A stretch of DNA of 32,010 nucleotides. Origin: Clostridia bacterium (GTDB lineage: Bacteria; Bacillota; Clostridia; CAKSNL01; HGM11501). The position numbers were made by a program, and so were the translations under genes. The notes beneath the pieces were generated by a model. The model ran no database searches and was not told the origin of the DNA. It was given only the letters and a program-made list of their open reading frames with translations. Shown here piece after piece: positions 14,531-22,172 of the stretch. The stretch spans positions 1 through 32,010 of the forward strand of contig JAZSAR010000216.1 in NCBI GenBank assembly GCA_045601965.1, read 5' to 3'. Position 1 is the stretch's first letter. Every line of letters begins with the position of its first letter.

Positions 14531-17012
14531 ACTTCGTTATTGTAACTGTCTGTGCCTCTCCGTTCCAGGAAACGTTATAGCCCAAAATTTCCGATACGAA
14601 TCTTACGGGTATAAAGGTACGGTTTTCCGATATCACCGGGGGATTTAAGAGAGTATACATCATCTTTCCCTTAGGGTAGCGTGTATCAGACACCCACACG
14701 ATATTGTTCCATATCTGAAGCTCGATTGTCATAACCTCGGTTTTAAGGGTGATTTTCTCCTTTGCACCGTCCCAGGCGATTTCTGCGCCCATTTCCTCAA
14801 CCAATCCTCTTAAGGGGATTAATGTTGAGCCGTTTACGATGAAGGGCGCAACGTCCAAAACCTTTTCGCTTTCGGTCTTCTCCTTACCCTTTACAGCCTT
14901 TATGGTTTTATCGCCGATTTTAAGGGTATAGGTTTCGCTTGCTTCTTCCGTTCTTTCCTTTCGTGCCGTTCCCGACTCAAAGAAGGAAATGTCCGTTGCA
15001 GAAACTCTGCCTGCATTATATTCCACAATTTCGATGTCAAAATACTTAACCTCGATTTCCTCGTCAAACACAACTACCTTTTCAGAAATATCGTCAGCAA
15101 AGGTGACTTCCTTTTCAGAAAATTCAAGACCATCAACTGACCAGCGCAAGATTGCCTTGTACCATAAGCCGTGTTTATCCTCCGACCGTCTCGGAAGATA
15201 ATGGAATTCCTTAATCTTATATACCTCGCGGAACTCAACCTCGATGGTTACGGGGCGTGTGCCTGTGGTTTCCGTCTGCCATACGGTATCCGACCTTCCG
15301 TCAAAGGCTCTGTTTATAGTGTTATTGTTCCACACAGGCTCTGTGCAGTAGCCCGTCGTCTCCTCCGTCGGAATCTGATAGAGTCTGTGAAGCACCTCAT
15401 AGTCCTGATATGCGGAAAGTGCCACGGTTTCAAGGTCGTCCCTTCCCTTTACGGCACTAAACTCCGCAAAGCTTCCTATGTTACCGTTTCCTCCCTTTAT
15501 TATAAGGCGTATTCTTTTAGCCTCGATATTTCCCACAAGGCGGAAATTTCTTATTGCACCGAATGCCGCCGTCTGCGAAAAGGCGATGGACTCGTTTTCA
15601 AGTATAGTGTAAAATGCGCCGTCATCCGAGCCTGACGCCTGAAGGTCAAAAAGCTTTACGTCGCCGGAGTGGGAATCGGTTCTCGGCAAAATTACAAATT
15701 CCGAAATTTTTGTAAGCTCGGGAAGTGTGAAGTCAATGGTATAAGGCGGCTTCTGAAGATTTTTCGCCTTGCCGTCTTCTACCTCATAGTAGGAATGCCA
15801 GATGGTCTTCTGTTTTCCGTCAATTAAGTTTTTCGCAGGTGCACCCTTAAATTCCGAGTCCGCAGTAGCCTTCCAGCCTGCCTTCGGCACTTCGTTTTCA
15901 ACTGTGAAGTCGGAGGCGGGCTCTGCCGGTTTTTCCTCCTTTGGCTCGTCCTTTGCAGATTCGCCTTTTTCGCTTCCTTTAATAAACTCAAGCTCACCGC
16001 AGGTTGCATAGCCTGTTCCGTAGGAATCGGTTATTTCAATTTTTACGCCGAGAAGCTCCATATCGCCCCAGGAGAGTGTCTGTGCTGCGTGGCGCATAGC
16101 ATCTGACGAAAGCTTGTATTTAAATATTTCCTTATATTCTTCTCCGTCGGTTGTTCCGTAAACGGTCATCGCCCTGACTGTTCCCGATTCAGAGTCGCTT
16201 CGGGGTGTGTAGATAAGTCCCGACACGGTTAACGGGCTTACGAAGTTTACGGTGATATAGTGGGGCCACTTTTCAACATCCGTAAGCTTTCCGTCTACCA
16301 CACCGTAGCGGGTATGCCAGAAGGTAGAAGGATTTCCGTCAAATATTTTCTTTATTGTTCCACCAAGGTCGGAAGAAGTTTCAACCAGCCAACTTGAATC
16401 ATAGGTGATTTTTTCATATGGAGCTTCTTCTTCCTTTTTGCCGTCAGCGGTAATTGTACCGGGAGTTACAACGGCGTTTTCAGCCTTTGCCTCTCCCCCT
16501 GTTAAAAACTGAAGCTCACCGCAGGAGGCATAGCCCGAGCCGTAGGAATTGGTTACTTCAATTTTTATGGCGCTCATTTCCTTATTGCCCCAGGAAATGG
16601 TTTTGGAATCGAAACGGCCGGCATCGCCTGAAAGCTTATATTCCGCAATTTTTGTAAAGGTTTCCCCGTCGGTGGATGAGTATACATTCATCGCCCTTAC
16701 GGTTCCCGAATCAGAATCGCTTCGGGGGGTGTAGATAAGTCCCGACACGGTTAACGGGCTTATAAAGTTTACGGTTATGTAGTGAGGCCATTTTTCAACA
16801 TCCGTAAGCTTTCCGTCAACCACACCATAGCGGGTGTGCCAGAAGGTTGATGCATTACCGTCAAATATCTTATTTATTGTTCCGCCAATGTCGGAGGTGG
16901 TTTCAACAAGCCAGGAAGAATCATAGGGGATTTCTGTTTCCGCCGCAGAGACGGAAACGAAAAGGGATAAAGTCATCAATAAGCATAATGTAAGTGCAAA
17001 TATTTTTTTCAT
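14529..17012 (-). CDS. secreted protein with four F5/8 type C (discoidin, CBM32-like) modules and a C-terminal Cu-amine-oxidase-N-like domain (827 aa)
   Basis: RBS AAAGGAGGCGG and signal peptide MKKIFALTLCLLMTLSLFVSVSA-AE. The pattern FDG...T.WH(T/S).Y ... G..Y.PR.D ... S.DG..(F/Y) ... E(L/F).F occurs four times. The C-terminus (PFIVNGSTLIPLRGLVEEMGAEIAWDG...TFIPVRFVSEILGYNVSWNG) fits the Cu_amine_oxidN1-type stalk domain common in Firmicutes wall proteins. Confidence 0.9.
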   Translation of the reverse strand: MKKIFALTLCLLMTLSLFVSVSAAETEIPYDSSWLVETTSDIGGTINKIFDGNASTFWHTRYGVVDGKLTDVEKWPHYITVNFISPLTVSGLIYTPRSDSDSGTVRAMNVYSSTDGETFTKIAEYKLSGDAGRFDSKTISWGNKEMSAIKIEVTNSYGSGYASCGELQFLTGGEAKAENAVVTPGTITADGKKEEEAPYEKITYDSSWLVETSSDLGGTIKKIFDGNPSTFWHTRYGVVDGKLTDVEKWPHYITVNFVSPLTVSGLIYTPRSDSESGTVRAMTVYGTTDGEEYKEIFKYKLSSDAMRHAAQTLSWGDMELLGVKIEITDSYGTGYATCGELEFIKGSEKGESAKDEPKEEKPAEPASDFTVENEVPKAGWKATADSEFKGAPAKNLIDGKQKTIWHSYYEVEDGKAKNLQKPPYTIDFTLPELTKISEFVILPRTDSHSGDVKLFDLQASGSDDGAFYTILENESIAFSQTAAFGAIRNFRLVGNIEAKRIRLIIKGGNGNIGSFAEFSAVKGRDDLETVALSAYQDYEVLHRLYQIPTEETTGYCTEPVWNNNTINRAFDGRSDTVWQTETTGTRPVTIEVEFREVYKIKEFHYLPRRSEDKHGLWYKAILRWSVDGLEFSEKEVTFADDISEKVVVFDEEIEVKYFDIEIVEYNAGRVSATDISFFESGTARKERTEEASETYTLKIGDKTIKAVKGKEKTESEKVLDVAPFIVNGSTLIPLRGLVEEMGAEIAWDGAKEKITLKTEVMTIELQIWNNIVWVSDTRYPKGKMMYTLLNPPVISENRTFIPVRFVSEILGYNVSWNGEAQTVTITK
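15975..16925 (-). repeat. intragenic tandem duplication with a 522-bp (174-codon) period, covering discoidin modules 1 and 2 of the 827-aa protein
   Basis: For example, agataagtcccgacacggttaacgggctta at 16211 recurs at 16733. The protein copies are YDSSWLVETTSDIGGTINKIFDGNASTFWHTRYGVVDGKLTDVEKWPHYITVNF.. and YDSSWLVETSSDLGGTIKKIFDGNPSTFWHTRYGVVDGKLTDVEKWPHYITVNF.. Confidence 0.85.
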
Positions 17013-17025
17013 TTTGCCGCCTCCT

Positions 17026-19767
17026 TTAATTAATGTGTGAAATCACGGCGTTTACTGTGTCAAGGGGTGCGCTTCCTTTGGTGCAGAGGGTGTATACGCC
17101 GCCTCCGAGTGCTTTTACTTCGTAGCCGTAGCACTCTGAAATAAATGTAAGAGGAATGTAGATAATTCCGTCAACTGCCGTGATGGGAGCAGAAAGCTTG
17201 ACGGGCGCTCCGTCCGCCTTTGCATCAAGTGTGCCGATAGTGGTATATGTCCACTTATAGTTTACAACTTCTGTAAGTTCGTCGTTCATTTCAAAGTGGT
17301 AGGTACGAAGCACGTTGTAGAAGGAATTATAATCCGTCTTTGTTCTGCCGTAGCCCATAACCTCATTGAAGGTGTCCTCGGGGATATAGAGTGTGCCGTT
17401 TAATTCGATTGCACGGACATTTCTGTTTTTCTCATATACGGGCATTTTTCCGCCTGCAACTATCATTTCTTCCGCGCCCGCCTTAAGTATTGCGGTGTCG
17501 GAAAGTGTCGCGCGCTCGGATGCGGTAAGTGCGGTCTGTGCTATTTCGGTAAAGAGATAGTTAAAGCGACCGTAGGGTGCAACGGATCCGTCAGAATAGA
17601 AGTTCATAAAGTCATCCTTGCCTGAAACGGAATCCGTCCACTTTAATTCAAGGTCAACTGTTCCCGTTTCGCCGATTAAGCTTCGTGAAAGCTTAAGCAT
17701 CATACTGTTTCCTGCGATTTTATATTCGGCATCGCCGATTTTTCCCATTGCCCAGAATCTTTCCGCATTTTTGTAAACTATGCCCTTTTCGATTAAGAAG
17801 TCATAGCCTTCCCAGCCCGTGTTATACATTCTGTCGGTGTTTATATAAAGGTTTAAGAAATTGCTGTCGTGCTCCTTAATCTCCTCTTCGCAATTTACAA
17901 GGAAATAAAGATTTTCAGAGTCAAATGTAACTTTTGCGCTCTTTATGGCGTTGTTTACCGTTGTCTTATAAACGTGGGGCTCAAAGTCTGTTCCCGCCTT
18001 TGCATAGCCTATGCTGTTACGCTCATAGGACTGGTCTGCATTGAGGAACTCAGGGCCTACACCGTTCCACTGCGAAAGGTCGCCCGCAATATCAATGGTT
18101 TTCGCTCCGCTTGCCGTAGGTACGGGGCGTACACCTTTATACTTTCTGATAAAGTCAACCATCAGGTTGTAATAGTCGTCCTTTAATGCTCCTCTTGAAG
18201 GCTCAAAGTCACGGCTGTTTTCATCGTCGAAGGTATCAACAAAGGCGTTGGGATTTCCGTACCAGTCTTCAAAACGGATTGCGGTCTGCTCGTTCCATCC
18301 GTCGATGTAGATAAATTCGGGCTCTGCACTGAGGGCTAATGCTGCCTGCTCACGGAAGAAGTATGCCTTTCTTGCACCCTCTTTGGTGTAGTCCTCGCCG
18401 AATACCTTGGAGAAGCCTCTTCCCTTTGCATAGTCGTTGGATGCCGCACCTCCAAGTCCCATTGCCGCATTGGTAAGGGTATTTATGGAACAGCCCACAG
18501 CCATAAATTCAGGTCTTCCCGTCTCGTCGGGGTTACGGAGCTTCTGGGGGAAGTGTTCAAGCCAGAACCACTCGTTGGGTTTAACCTCGCTGTCTCTCGT
18601 TCCGCCGTAACGGAAGGTGAAAAAGTCGTGAATTTCGTCTACTAAGGCAAGCTGTGCCGTGTCCTTGGCATTTGCCTGTGCAACGGCATATTCCTTACGG
18701 GTATTTGCAAAAATAAGGGGCTTTCCGTCAAGGTAGTACCATATATCGGAATAGTCGTTTTCATAGAAACAGCTCATATAAATGGATGCAGGCTGTGTGA
18801 AGCTGTACTGATTGGGCATTACGATTGCGCCAAGCACGGAAATTTTAGGAACGTTGAGCCCCGTCGATTTCGCATCGCGGAAGGCTTCTGCCACAACCTT
18901 AAGAGAGCTTACAAAGTTATAGCCGTTATTTGTATAGTCAAAGAATATTACGTCAACGCCCGCATGGGAAAGCATTTCGGCGTGCTTTCTGTAAACCCAG
19001 TAGTCATAGGAATCATAAAAGCCAAGTGCCGGCTCTGACCAGTAATATATGCTGTTTAAGTCCCACGCCTTGTGGAAGTAGTCATATCTTGCTTCGGGAG
19101 AAGCTTTAATTACGTCCCCGATTACCGTCGCACGGGTTTTAGCAGTATCCGATGTAAACCAGTTCCAGTACATTATGCCCACATCACGTCCGTCGGTTTT
19201 AACGGCACCTGCTTCAGAATAGTCTGCCACCTTTCTTCCATAGGAATCCGTTGCCGCCCAGGTATCGGAATAAAGGTCAATGACAGCATCATCGGATACC
19301 TGAACGGATTTTGTATCACGCACATAATCTTCCTTTGAAAGAATGACCTTTTTAATATCGCTTCCGCCGCGGGATGCACCGTAGAGCGAAACGAAGTAAA
19401 GGTCGTGTTTTCCTTCCGTCGCTTTTACGGGTGCTTTGAAAAGGCCTTCTCTGTTTTCGTCCATTACAAGATAGCCTATTACATTGCCTGTGAGCGGATC
19501 GTCGGTTTTAATCATAAGAGTATCGCCGTTTGCCCCTCCGGTAACAACATTTTTCGCTTCGATTGCGATATGCTTTATCCCGGTAAGGTCCACATTCTTA
19601 AACCCGAAATAATCGTCCTTTTTTGAATACCGGAGAATTTCTCCGTTTATTGTTGCTCCCGACAAAATATCCGCATCCGCCGCATTAAGTGTAATTTCAC
19701 CCTCTGCAGATACAGGAATTGAAAAAATCATCAGGATTGCCAGAATAATTGCAAGTATTTTTTTCAA
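17026..19767 (-). CDS. secreted putative glycoside hydrolase (913 aa), function uncertain. It has an N-terminal CBM6/35-like module, a family-unassigned GH99/WbsX-like TIM-barrel-type core, a beta-sandwich and a C-terminal Cu-amine-oxidase-N-like domain.
   Basis: TTG start at 19765..19767 preceded by GAAAGGAAGGG. Signal peptide MKKILAIILAILMIFSIPVSA-EG. The CBM-like segment reads ..DYFGFKNVDLTG...GKHDLYFV... Core motifs are YYWSEPALGFYDSYDYWVYRKHAEMLSHAGVDVIFFDYTN and IYIDGWNEQT. The stop lies 13 nt before the next gene's ATG, indicating an operon. Confidence 0.85.
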   Translation of the reverse strand: MKKILAIILAILMIFSIPVSAEGEITLNAADADILSGATINGEILRYSKKDDYFGFKNVDLTGIKHIAIEAKNVVTGGANGDTLMIKTDDPLTGNVIGYLVMDENREGLFKAPVKATEGKHDLYFVSLYGASRGGSDIKKVILSKEDYVRDTKSVQVSDDAVIDLYSDTWAATDSYGRKVADYSEAGAVKTDGRDVGIMYWNWFTSDTAKTRATVIGDVIKASPEARYDYFHKAWDLNSIYYWSEPALGFYDSYDYWVYRKHAEMLSHAGVDVIFFDYTNNGYNFVSSLKVVAEAFRDAKSTGLNVPKISVLGAIVMPNQYSFTQPASIYMSCFYENDYSDIWYYLDGKPLIFANTRKEYAVAQANAKDTAQLALVDEIHDFFTFRYGGTRDSEVKPNEWFWLEHFPQKLRNPDETGRPEFMAVGCSINTLTNAAMGLGGAASNDYAKGRGFSKVFGEDYTKEGARKAYFFREQAALALSAEPEFIYIDGWNEQTAIRFEDWYGNPNAFVDTFDDENSRDFEPSRGALKDDYYNLMVDFIRKYKGVRPVPTASGAKTIDIAGDLSQWNGVGPEFLNADQSYERNSIGYAKAGTDFEPHVYKTTVNNAIKSAKVTFDSENLYFLVNCEEEIKEHDSNFLNLYINTDRMYNTGWEGYDFLIEKGIVYKNAERFWAMGKIGDAEYKIAGNSMMLKLSRSLIGETGTVDLELKWTDSVSGKDDFMNFYSDGSVAPYGRFNYLFTEIAQTALTASERATLSDTAILKAGAEEMIVAGGKMPVYEKNRNVRAIELNGTLYIPEDTFNEVMGYGRTKTDYNSFYNVLRTYHFEMNDELTEVVNYKWTYTTIGTLDAKADGAPVKLSAPITAVDGIIYIPLTFISECYGYEVKALGGGVYTLCTKGSAPLDTVNAVISHIN

Positions 19768-19799
19768 TGCTATTCCCTTCCTTTCAGTTTGATAATATA

Positions 19800-19828
19800 A
19801 TTATACATTATCCCGTGCTTTTTGTCTT
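19800..19828 (-). promoter_or_regulatory. candidate promoter for the 17026..19767 / 14529..17012 operon
   Basis: On the minus strand: AAGACA (19823..19828), a 17-nt spacer, then TATAAT (19800..19805). The -35 element is weak. Confidence 0.3.
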
Positions 19829-19943
19829 TATCATCAATTCCGACGTATTTATCATTTATTCCACGAAAAATTTTTCTTTTCTTTTTGGGAAAAATGTGGT
19901 ATTATATATTAATGGAAGAAATTTTGAAAGGAGAAGTGTCATT

Positions 19944-22136
19944 ATGAGCGAAGAATTAAAGGCCCGTCAGGTGGATCAGCTCATCACCGATACCTTAAGA
20001 ACAAACTATATGCCCTACGCCATGAGCGTTATTGTATCCCGTGCAATCCCCGAGATTGACGGTCTTAAGCCCTCACACAGAAAGTTACTCTACACTATGT
20101 ATAAAATGGGCTTGCTTACAGGCGTGAGAACAAAGAGCTCCAACGTTGTGGGACAGACCATGAAGTTAAACCCCCACGGCGATATGGCAATATATGATAC
20201 ATTGGTAAGACTTACAAGGGGCAATGCATCGCTTTTGTATCCCTTTGTTGATTCAAAGGGTTCCTTTGGTAAAAAGTACAGCCGTGATATGGCGTCTGCC
20301 GCAGCCCGTTATACGGAGGTTAAGCTTGCCCCCATATCAGCGGAGCTTTTTTCCGATATTGATAAAAACAACGTTGACTTTGTGGATAACTTCGATGCCA
20401 CAATGAAGGAGCCCGTTCTCCTTCCCGTTACTTTCCCGAACATACTGGCAAACCCGAATCTCGGTATTGCCGTTGGTATGGCAAGTAACATCTGCTCCTT
20501 TAACTTAAGGGAGCTTTGTGATACAACCATCGCCCTTATGAAGGATAAAAACGCCGATATTACGGAAACACTCCTTGCTCCGGATTTCCCCGGCGGCGGA
20601 CAGATACTTTATGATAAGGAGCTTTTCCGCTCCATCTACGAGACGGGACGCGGAAGCTTCAAGGTTCGCTCCAAGTGGCGTTATGATAAGAAGAATCAGT
20701 GTATCGAGGTTTATGAAATCCCCTACACCACCCAGGCAGAGCTTATCATAGAAGCAATCGCAAAGCTTGTGAAAGACGGAAAGGCAAAGGAGATATCAGA
20801 CCTTCGTGACGAAACGGACTTAAACGGTCTTAAAATTACCATTGATGTAAAGCGCGGCACAGATCCCGATAAATTAATGGCGCTTTTATTCTCCAAGACA
20901 CCCCTTGAGGACAGCTTTGGCTGTAACTTCAACATCCTTGTAAAAAACCGCCCCATGGTACTGGGTGTCCGTGCAATATTGCTTGAATGGCTCGCCTTCA
21001 GAATGGATTGCGTAAAGAGAAGAATTCTGTTTGACATTGACAAGAAAAATTCAACACTTCATCTTTTATACGGTCTCCGTAAGATTTTACTTGATCTTGA
21101 CAAGGCGATAAAAATTGTCCGTGATACGGAAAACGATGCGGATGTTGTTCCCAATTTAATGCAGGGCTTCGGCATCGACGAAACCCAGGCAAACTTTGTT
21201 GCGGAGATCAAGCTCCGTAATATGAACAAGGAATACATCTTAAAGAAAATCGCCGATGTGGATGAGCTTGAAAAGGAAATTGCCGATCTTACGGAAACAG
21301 TTAAGAGCGATGCGAAAATCAAGAAGCTTATCGCTTCTGAGCTTAAGGATGTTGCCTCAAAATACGGTGAGGAGCGAAAGAGTGAAATCATTCAGGCAGA
21401 TGATGTTCCCGTGGTTGAGGCAGCAAGCGAGGTTGAGGACTATAACTTAAAGATGTTCTTAACAAGGGACAACTACTTAAAGAAAATTACTCTCGTTTCC
21501 TTAAGAAGTGCAGCAGACCATAAGCTTAAGGACGGTGACGAAATCATTTCAGAGCAGGAATCCACCAACAGAAGTGATCTTTTACTCTTCTCGGATAAAG
21601 CTGTTGTTTACAAGATGAAGATTTCAGATCTTCCCGACTGCAAGGCAAGCTCCTTCGGTGAATACATCCCGAACTTAATTGAGCTTGACGAGGGCGAGAA
21701 GATTATAAAGATTGTGGCAACGGACAATTACGAAGGCATTATGCTCTTTGCCTTTGAAAACGGTAAGGTTGCAAAGGTGCCCTTAAAGAGCTATGAAACC
21801 AAGACCAACCGTAAGAAGCTTATAAATGCATATTCCGACGCATCCCCCATCGTGGGAATTATCTATACCCCCACCGAGACAGATGTGCTCGCTGAAACCA
21901 GCAATGCAAAGCTTCTTTGCTTTAACACCGAATCGGTTAATATGAAGACCACCCGTGATACACAGGGTGTGAAGGCACTTACACTTAAGAAGAATGCAAC
22001 ACTTAAGTCAATCTGCCTTGCATCCGAATCCAAGGTGGCAGACCCCAAAAAGTATTACACCAAAAACATCCCTGCCGCAGGCTTTTTCTTAAAGGCCTCG
22101 GACAAGGCACCCCAGATGTCGTTATTTGAAGATTAG
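19944..22136 (+). CDS. type IIA DNA topoisomerase subunit A (ParC/GyrA-like, 730 aa, short C-terminal domain)
   Basis: RBS GAAAGGAGAAG, then the ATG at 19944 (MSEELKARQV...). GyrA/ParC N-terminal motifs are present: YMPYAMSVIVSRAIPEIDGLKPSHRKLLY, NPHGDMAIYDTLVRL and the catalytic-Tyr motif AAARYTEVKL. I saw no GyrA-box-like QRRGGKG motif. The 65-codon upstream extension in the ORF track overlaps the divergent gene's start and the AT-rich promoter DNA. Confidence 0.9.
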   Translation: MSEELKARQVDQLITDTLRTNYMPYAMSVIVSRAIPEIDGLKPSHRKLLYTMYKMGLLTGVRTKSSNVVGQTMKLNPHGDMAIYDTLVRLTRGNASLLYPFVDSKGSFGKKYSRDMASAAARYTEVKLAPISAELFSDIDKNNVDFVDNFDATMKEPVLLPVTFPNILANPNLGIAVGMASNICSFNLRELCDTTIALMKDKNADITETLLAPDFPGGGQILYDKELFRSIYETGRGSFKVRSKWRYDKKNQCIEVYEIPYTTQAELIIEAIAKLVKDGKAKEISDLRDETDLNGLKITIDVKRGTDPDKLMALLFSKTPLEDSFGCNFNILVKNRPMVLGVRAILLEWLAFRMDCVKRRILFDIDKKNSTLHLLYGLRKILLDLDKAIKIVRDTENDADVVPNLMQGFGIDETQANFVAEIKLRNMNKEYILKKIADVDELEKEIADLTETVKSDAKIKKLIASELKDVASKYGEERKSEIIQADDVPVVEAASEVEDYNLKMFLTRDNYLKKITLVSLRSAADHKLKDGDEIISEQESTNRSDLLLFSDKAVVYKMKISDLPDCKASSFGEYIPNLIELDEGEKIIKIVATDNYEGIMLFAFENGKVAKVPLKSYETKTNRKKLINAYSDASPIVGIIYTPTETDVLAETSNAKLLCFNTESVNMKTTRDTQGVKALTLKKNATLKSICLASESKVADPKKYYTKNIPAAGFFLKASDKAPQMSLFED

Positions 22137-22172
22137 TAAAAAGATGTGAGCCGACGGCTCACATCTTTTTAT
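22137..22172. terminator. bidirectional rho-independent terminator between the topoisomerase gene and metH
   Basis: A 12-bp stem, AAGATGTGAGCC (22141..22152) with GGCTCACATCTT (22156..22167), is flanked by A and T runs. Confidence 0.8.

Noticed and set aside
19749-19943. 65-codon N-terminal extension of the topoisomerase ORF.
   Set aside because: It overlaps the start of the divergent 17026..19767 gene and the AT-rich promoter DNA, and encodes a low-complexity Phe/Ile-rich peptide. A good RBS precedes the ATG at 19944, where homology to GyrA/ParC begins.
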